In this document: one piece after another, positions 56,601-64,000 of the stretch
Numbering within the stretch: the first letter of the stretch is position 1
Layout: each line of letters starts with the position of its first letter
NCBI GenBank assembly: GCA_001600815.1
Contig: BCKZ01000009.1
Location: forward strand, 212,194-276,193
From: Alloascoidea hylecoeti
Taxonomy: Eukaryota
Direction: 5' to 3'
Length of the DNA stretch: 64,000 nt
The notes under the pieces: generated by a model
Databases searched by the model: none
Told to the model about the DNA's origin: nothing
What the model saw: only the letters and a program-made list of their open reading frames with translations
Made by a program: the position numbers and the translations under genes

Positions 56601-58268
56601 ATGCCTAATTTGAATGACTTTGAAAAGAAAAGACAAGAAAACATTGAACGTAACAAGCAACTTCTTAGGGATCTTGAGTTAGAAGCTTTAAACGCGTCCA
56701 TTTACCAAGAATCTTTGGAAAATAAAATAAAAATAAAAAATGTTCCCAATAATAGAAAACGGAAAGTATCAACTCGTGTGAAGAAAGAAGCTATAGTTCC
56801 AACTCGAAGATCTAAGCGAATAGCTGGTGTTAAATTGGAAAATGATGAGGACTACTTGAAATCTGTTGAAGAAGAAGCGCGTTCCAGAAAAATTAAGGAA
56901 GAGCTGGAACGAATTCAAAACACTAGACTTGTAGGTGACGTAAAACTAATTGATGTTTTGAAAAATGATATCAAGGAGGAGGGGGATGAGGAGGATTCCA
57001 AAGCTTCTGTGAAATTATTAGCAAAATTACAAGATCTAGGGAAATCTGTATCTGCTGGAGATTTCTATGACATGATGGTGGAGAAATCAAACGCAAATAA
57101 CGGCGAACATGGTGAAAATAACTTAAGTGATATCAGAGAAGAATTTAGTAATATACACCTTGACTCCAAATTCAACCCATTAGACATTAAACTTACAGAA
57201 GGACGCATCACTTCGATTGCCTTTCATCCTTCAACCACAACGCAACTTGTTATTGCAGGTGACAAAATTGGTACTGTCGGATTATGGTCTATTAATTCAG
57301 ATAAAGAGGATGACGACGGTGAACCAATACCGGATGTTACACAATTTCGTTATCACAAAAGAAATGTAGCTCAGTTTTTGTTCGATATTAAATCACCTGA
57401 AAAATTATATACTGCAAGTTATGAAGGATCAATACGAAGAACAGATTTAAATGTTTTAAAGAATGAAGAAGTATTTGGGTTTGACTCTAAATATCATATT
57501 GGGATTTCAGACGTCAGACAACCTAATGGTGATCCCAATTTATTATATTTCACAACCTTAAATGGACAATTTGCTAAACTGGACTTACGAGTGCATAACA
57601 CACCTGAAAATATCGATTTTTATAGGTTACATGATAAGAAAATAGGAACGTTTTGTATAAATCCAAAATTCGGTCAACACCATCAGATTGCAACTGCATC
57701 ATTAGATCGAACTTTTAAAATTTGGGACTTAAGAAATGTTTCCGAAACAACTGAATTAATTTCATCTCTAGGGTATGAAGGTCAAATAAGTCCACATTGT
57801 TATGGATTTTATGGAAGCAGATTAAGTATTAGTAGTGTCGATTGGAATTTAAATAATAGAATTGTATGTAACGGATATGATGATACAATTAATATTTTTG
57901 ATGTGAACGAAGCAAACAATTGGGATCAAGACTATTATATTCCCGTGTCGAAAAAATTGAAGCATGAAAATGAAAACCAAGTATTTGGAGAATTGAAACC
58001 ATTACAAAAAATTAAACATAATTGTCAAACAGGACGATGGGTTTCAATACTAAAATCTAAATGGCAAAATTTTCCAAGAGACAATATTAATAAATTTGTC
58101 ATCGCCAATATGAATCGATATTTCGACGTTTATAACGAAGAGGGTCAGCAGATTGGACATCTAGGAAGTGAATTAATGAGTGCTGTGCCAGCAGTTGCAA
58201 CTTTTCATCCAACAGAAAACTGGATTGTTGGTGGTTCGGCAAGCGGCAAAATCTATTATTTTCATTAA
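56601..58268 (+). CDS. CMR1: WD40 DNA-damage-binding protein Cmr1/WDR76
   Basis: FEKKRQENIERNKQLL, PTRRSKRIAG, RITSIAFHP, RLHDKKIG, ATASLDRTFKIWDLR, HNCQTGRWVSILK, GGSASGKI. Confidence 0.95.
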   Translation: MPNLNDFEKKRQENIERNKQLLRDLELEALNASIYQESLENKIKIKNVPNNRKRKVSTRVKKEAIVPTRRSKRIAGVKLENDEDYLKSVEEEARSRKIKEELERIQNTRLVGDVKLIDVLKNDIKEEGDEEDSKASVKLLAKLQDLGKSVSAGDFYDMMVEKSNANNGEHGENNLSDIREEFSNIHLDSKFNPLDIKLTEGRITSIAFHPSTTTQLVIAGDKIGTVGLWSINSDKEDDDGEPIPDVTQFRYHKRNVAQFLFDIKSPEKLYTASYEGSIRRTDLNVLKNEEVFGFDSKYHIGISDVRQPNGDPNLLYFTTLNGQFAKLDLRVHNTPENIDFYRLHDKKIGTFCINPKFGQHHQIATASLDRTFKIWDLRNVSETTELISSLGYEGQISPHCYGFYGSRLSISSVDWNLNNRIVCNGYDDTINIFDVNEANNWDQDYYIPVSKKLKHENENQVFGELKPLQKIKHNCQTGRWVSILKSKWQNFPRDNINKFVIANMNRYFDVYNEEGQQIGHLGSELMSAVPAVATFHPTENWIVGGSASGKIYYFH

Positions 58269-58423
58269 AATTGCCTAAAAGTATTATGTATACTATACTA
58301 ATTTTGGTGGAACTGTATGATTAATGTCTCAATATGAATATCAATTATATAATCGTATAACACCAAATTTAAATTATTCTTTGTTCCAGTCATTGTATAT
58401 TTATGATCAACACCTAAGTTAGT

Positions 58424-60845
58424 TTAAAAATTAAAGAGATCGTCGTTTAAATTCGGTTTAGGTTTAGATGTAGATGCAGATGAAGCTCCAAAACTTAATC
58501 CACCAAATGAAGAGGTCAAATTATTAAAAGGGTCATTAGCTGTCTGTGGTTGTGCTTGAGTGGGAACCGAATCAAATAAACTCAGAATATCATTATTAGA
58601 ACTACCGCCTAAATTAGGGGATAAGCTCGTCGAAGGAGCAGGGGTACTGAACAAATCGTTCAATTCGTCCAAGATATTTCCACCTTTATCAGCCCCATTT
58701 TCTGCAGTCAGACTACTGGTATTGCCTATATCATCATCAAAATCCAAAAGATTTTCGGCATTCACAGCCTGTTTAACAATTTCATTTTTAGCCATTTGTT
58801 GTAATTCTTCGATGGCCAAATTGGCTTTTTGTTGAGAGACACCAATTTTATCACTATTTACGAAACTAGATGCAGGTTTATGATATACTGAGCCAATTGT
58901 TGATAGCTCGCGCAATAATTGATTTAGGAGAACTGGAGAGAAGTTTGTAATGGGTGTATCAATTTTTGGAATATCAGCCAAAATTATTTTCTTTGCTACC
59001 GAAGTATCTGAGGATAATAACCGCCAATATATATAAGCACGATCTCTAACATCTGCATTTTCAATCTTCTCGGTAGCAGTTTGTAATACCGCCTGTATCA
59101 AGTGTTGTGATTTATCAGGTTGTGTCAAATAAATCTTAACTGCTGTGGTTAATAGCTGTAATTGAACGACAGGTGATTCCTCTATGAGAGTTTCAACAAA
59201 GTAGTCCAGTTTATCTATTACTTTAGGGATTTGATTTGAAAATTGACCAATGATCCAAATCATCGCAGCTCTTGCCTCATCATCTTCTAAACTGTCCAAA
59301 ATTTCTTCGCCGGTATCTGCACCACCATCACCACAAAGGAAAGGCAAAATTTGCTTCGTGAAATGAGGCCATTTTCTCAAGATATCCCTTGATACTATAA
59401 CAACTTGGTTAATTGCATAATTAATCCTATTGTTTAGCAATTCCAACAAAATTTCAACACATTTTCCACTTGCCTTCTCAAATTTGATAGCAATTTGCCC
59501 AATGGCTTTTATAGCATTCTTAACAAAATCAGTATCAACTTCCATTGAATATTCCTTCAATTCGGAAAGTAAAGAAGCCACATTATTATCATTTGCCAGA
59601 CGGACTAAGATTTCCAACTTTTCCAGTTTTAAATATGGAGGATCGTTATATTTGCAGTAAAAAACACGAATTTCTCTAGATAAGATTGTTGGATACTTTG
59701 CTAATATGATTCTAATATTTCTCAAACAGACATATTGAACTTCAGGTTGTGTGGAAACCAGTGAAACCAAAGGGGGACCCATTTTTCTAAGTAAGCCATC
59801 TTGTTCTTCCTTTGGTAGTTTTTCAAAATGACACAAGACTGCTTTAACGGCACTTAAAACGACACTTGGATTAGCATGTTGAAATTGTGGAACTACACGT
59901 TCACATATATGCCTTGCCTCTTCTTGATCAGAGTCTGTATAATCGGAGAATGCAGTGAGAATGGCGATTCGGCCCCATTCAGTACATTCATTTAAAGCAG
60001 CTAATAATTTTGTTAAAATAGGACTGGTAACTACAAAGCATCTAGTCTCTGGTGCTATTTGTTGAATATCAGCAAGAGCAGTTACTGCGTTTGCAACAAC
60101 CATGGGATTCGAATCCTCTATAGATTTCTGTAAGCTCTCGACAAAGCCTTGCTCAATACATAGTTGAGGATTCAAGTCAAACAGTTTAGCTACACATATC
60201 GCAGCAGTTTTCCGGACGTATGGATTATCATCAGAGAGAGTTCGACGTAAAGGGATTTCCATGTAGTCTACCATCTTATCAACTCGAATACAACCCATTG
60301 TTCTGATAGCTAAGGCTCTAACAAGTGGGTTTGGATCTTCAGCATCCTGAGCTCCCAAAAAGTTAATAAACTGTGAATCAAAAATGAAAATAAGCCAAAT
60401 CACATACTTTAACAAATGTGTTCACGGCTAAAATACACAATTCTGGATGACTTTTGGCGTAGTTCCTATGAATATAGATTAGTATGTAGTGAGTGATGTC
60501 ACAATTCCAGATTCTAAGAGACTTACATCAAATACAAATAAACCAATTTCTTTTGTTCTAAGTCATGTGTGGCAATATTCTTTAAAACATCAGGGAAAAG
60601 AGCCGAAACATCTTTTCCTACCGTCATTGCGGCAATAACACGCTGAATCGCTTCTTTTCTCTCATAAGCATATTGAGATACAAGGGAAGCACGTAGTTCA
60701 AAAGTTTCACCTATAATTAAAAATACAGTAAGTATTAAAAATAGTCCTTTCAAATGTTATAAAACAAAAATTGTAAGAAAAGGAGGAAATTCATACCTTT
60801 GCGTGGGGCCTTAAGGATATTTCTGATTCTCTTTTCTAGTGACAT
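58424..60845 (-). CDS. APL2: AP-1 adaptor beta subunit; exons 60845..60797, 60710..60527, 60465..60408, 60346..58424
   Basis: Introns 60711..60796, 60466..60526 and 60347..60407 give [76 protein letters not shown]. Clathrin-box-like LLDFD in the tail. Confidence 0.95.
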
Positions 60846-61519
60846 TGGTTTAATTATTCCATGAATTTCAAGTTTGAAAGATGTCAGTGTTGTCTGTTGT
60901 ATGGATGTATGCCTCTTGGTGTCGAATATCAGAAACCCCAATAGTTGCATACTAAGCTGTTTAGTATTAATCATTATAAGGAGAATCTAACTTAAGACCC
61001 ATATGCTAGCTTGGCGTATATGCCGTTTTATATAAAATATATTTACAAATCATATTGTTTTTCTGCTTAATTTCGGTATAAAAACAATGAATAATCGTCA
61101 AATGACACCGATACTTTCGCGCAACACTGAGTAAAGGAAAATACTCGGTAAAAAAAGGATGAGTTCGATAAATTATGGGCAAAAAAGTAAATTCTTTCAT
61201 TTATATTACAATCACTTTTATCCAGGTTCTGTTTAATAGATGTGCTAAAAGTGGCCGATATATTAAATTTGTAAAAATCAACAAAGTACTATCAGTATAC
61301 GTAATTATAGAGTTTACCGGGCATCCAAAATTGTTACATTTCAATCAGGAATTGCAAAACTGGCTACAAATATAATTATTGAAAAAAAAAGTATTACGAA
61401 GCTCTACTTATTCTCATAATTCTGATAATATACTGTATGTTTGATATTTTGTAAATCTTGTGAGCGTTCCTATTTTTGATACATATCTCTTTGTTACCTC
61501 CAGGTAATTTGCGTGTAGT

Positions 61520-62445
61520 CAGTGTCTTTCCCTCTTAAAAGTCTGAATTCCATTTCGAATAGTTTTTAGGGGATCCTTGAGCACTGTGGTGGAAATATGA
61601 GATAATAAAGCTTGGTGTGTCCCCCTAATGTGATTTGTCCTAACACGTAATTCGCCATCAAGTATTAATTGTCACCAACCACATTTCGAAACTTTCTTGT
61701 AAGAATTCTGGAGATTTCCATTCTTTATCGAAATCTTCATATTTCAGTCACTGAAAATCAAGAAAGAATATTTTTAGGAGTTATAACCTTTGATCTTCCT
61801 TCTCGATATATTAACAAAATCCTTTTTGATCGGCGGTTGATGGGATTTGTTACAAACTTCTTGTGATAGATCTCTTTCAACTTTTTTTAGTGGACCAAAC
61901 CATGAAACATTCCAAAAACTGAAATTTCCAAACTAGTACAAGTAGTCAAAATAAAGAGTCCAATATCATTTTCATCAATGTTCCAAACATGAGAATTTCG
62001 TGATGTTGTTTTGAAAACTTCTCCCTCCAACTATTTGGAGGCTTACATCACGTTTTCTGGTTCTTTTATAGAGAAGTGAAGAGTGTCTTGAATGACCAGT
62101 ATATGATACTTTGCAGAACAATACTGCTTTGTTATTGTGTTCCTTGCTGTTTGAGACGGATCTTTCTGCACGCGCTCCACAATCATTATTAACCAACCCA
62201 CGAAAACGCTCTAGATTGGCGGAACAACCATTTTTACATAAAAATCGCCGAACTAGCTCTTGTTCCTCAAGAGTAGATGGAATCCTCGGATTTCGGTTGA
62301 AGTCTTGCCATGATAATTTTCCGTAAAACTGATTGTGAAGAGTCGATTTTTAGATACCAAATGTGTTGGTAACTTTCACGGACAGCAGCTTCTTGCGTTG
62401 TCTCGTATATTCAATAGCTGAGAGTATGATCTTGATTGTATTTCA
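61520..62445 (-). mobile_element. decayed Fot1/pogo-type (Tc1/mariner superfamily) transposase pseudogene
   Basis: Manual translation across stops and frameshifts gives motifs in the expected order: HTH region IILSAIEYTRQRKKLLSVKVTNTFGI*KSTLHNQFYG..STLEEQELVRRFL (from 62442), VWNIDE (61971-61988; cf. YNxDETG), LILDG (61654-61668; cf. LLILDGH), LIFPPQCS (about 61578-61601; cf. LPPHSSH). Boundaries are approximate. Confidence 0.8.
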
Positions 62446-64000
62446 TTAGAGTCCTTGTAGGTGTCATTTGAATGTCTGGTGGTGATTTAGGAACTTTTCG
62501 TATTTTGGGATGGTCTTTCAGAATTTACAGTATAGATCTTCTCAATTATTGCACTTCGAACTCACTACGATAACCGCTTTAAGAATACATCTACATTATT
62601 CTTTGATTATAGAGAAAATTATAGGATATTGGATATAAATATGGTAGCTTCCAACCAACCATGGAATAATGAAAAATTCTAACAACACGCAAAAATTTAA
62701 AAGAGAAAGTATTGATCAGAAATTATCAGAATACTGAGATTAAGTGGATGTTAGTGGTGCTGGTTTTGTAGTTTGTGGTTGCAACAGAGCAGTGTTGTGG
62801 CATCCAAGTATGCTACTTATGACTTATTCGAGTTCTATGCCGTCGATAGTATAGTAGGGTATACGTATATTTCATCTTATTTCAATTGCAATTCTAGTTA
62901 TATTATTAATATTAAAAATCTGTAAGGATAAAAAAATCCTGTAGAGTCTTAGTAAAGACAGGAGTATTTTCTATAATAAATACTATCATATATGAGAGTT
63001 ATGCCAACTGATTATGCGTTACACCAAGTAGGCACTGCGCAGTAAGGTTGGAGAAGAACTCCTCTCTTCACTGAGATTGATGCTATTTATATATACCGTG
63101 TATTCTAATCTCGGACACTCTAGCACTATACCATGTAATTAATAATTATAGCTATTATACAGTATAAAGCTTTACCGGTATAGTAAAACATTATTACAAT
63201 CTTAAGATCTACTTCTTAATACTAGCATAAAGTTTTGGTACAACATATTAATTAATTATGATGATATTAGTTACTGTACGATGTACCATAATAACATTTT
63301 GAACGTATTTTTGGATTTATAATTAATCACAAACTGTTTTTATGATCACAGAATATCATTTTATGATTATTTTGTCGATCATTGTTCTTAATAAACAAGT
63401 TTTGAACTAAATATTCGATAAGTAATTATAAGAAAAAGAAAATATAAATGTCAGAAACAAGAATCAGGATATATATGAAAAATATGATAATGATAATATA
63501 TAAATTTATATACATGCTAGTATAACAATGGTCTAAGCCTAAAAGGTAATAACAACGATATATGGAATATGATGAGAATATATATATGCATACTTACTGT
63601 ATATTTCAGGTTGTAAAAAAAAAGTAAGATAAAACGAAACGAAACCAAAACATGAACACAAAAATAAGTATAAATATAGACATAATAAAGTGTGAGCGAA
63701 GGTTTTCTATATGCATATGGAGAGTGTGGAAAAGATATGAAGATGCATTGAAAAAATGAATATGGATAAAAGTTCTTGATATGAACTAGCTATAGGGAAC
63801 ATTTCACAGACTTCGAATATAATAATGGCACTTGATAAGACCGATTGAGGTAAATTTATAAATGGGATGTATAGTTTAGACACCAAATATGTGAGAGTGT
63901 ATAGTGGCATATTAGGATCAAGAGACATGAAATATCATTTCTTTTTTATTATTCTTTGATTTGAACAATTCTGTTTAAATTTCTCTAGATCTCCCCAGCA

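Noticed and set aside
1..64000. tRNA, rRNA, CRISPR arrays, LTR retrotransposons, prokaryotic operons
   Set aside because: I saw no tRNA box A/B cloverleaf, rRNA motifs, spaced direct repeats or gag/pol remnants by eye; tRNAscan-SE and Infernal runs are needed to exclude small RNAs formally.

Overview
AT-rich, gene-dense eukaryotic DNA from a budding yeast (Saccharomycotina). Three things point to an early-diverging, intron-richer lineage: CTG sits at conserved Leu positions (standard code), there are many short introns with degenerate branch points, and yeast-type orthologues occur in S. cerevisiae-like order. The lineage assignment is inference. I can support 26 protein-coding genes: the 3' part of TEL1, a PUT4-like amino acid permease, a YMR090W-like Rossmann protein, a ROG1-like lipase, TIP20, RRP42, TRM3, ATG20/SNX41, SPP2, SHE9, SMP3, NCB2, UTP5, two tandem secreted SurE-family phosphatases, ERG9, a LAC12/CDT-like sugar porter, OCT1, VRG4, an MRX20-like mitochondrial carrier, ADE5,7, DHH1, STE7, DMO2 (YDL157C), CMR1 and APL2. 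I reconstructed 17 spliceosomal introns by hand, which join many of the fragments in the ORF track; one gene has a 9-nt microexon and two introns use AAG acceptors. Not visible in the ORF track: a decayed Fot1/pogo-type DNA transposase (about 61.5-62.45 kb), a 77-bp CAGT...ACTG foldback (MITE-like) downstream of ATG20, exact Reb1-type sites in four divergent promoters, and three blocks of deep microsynteny with S. cerevisiae. I recognised no tRNA, rRNA or CRISPR. I found no convincing wholly new biological system; the candidates below are leads.
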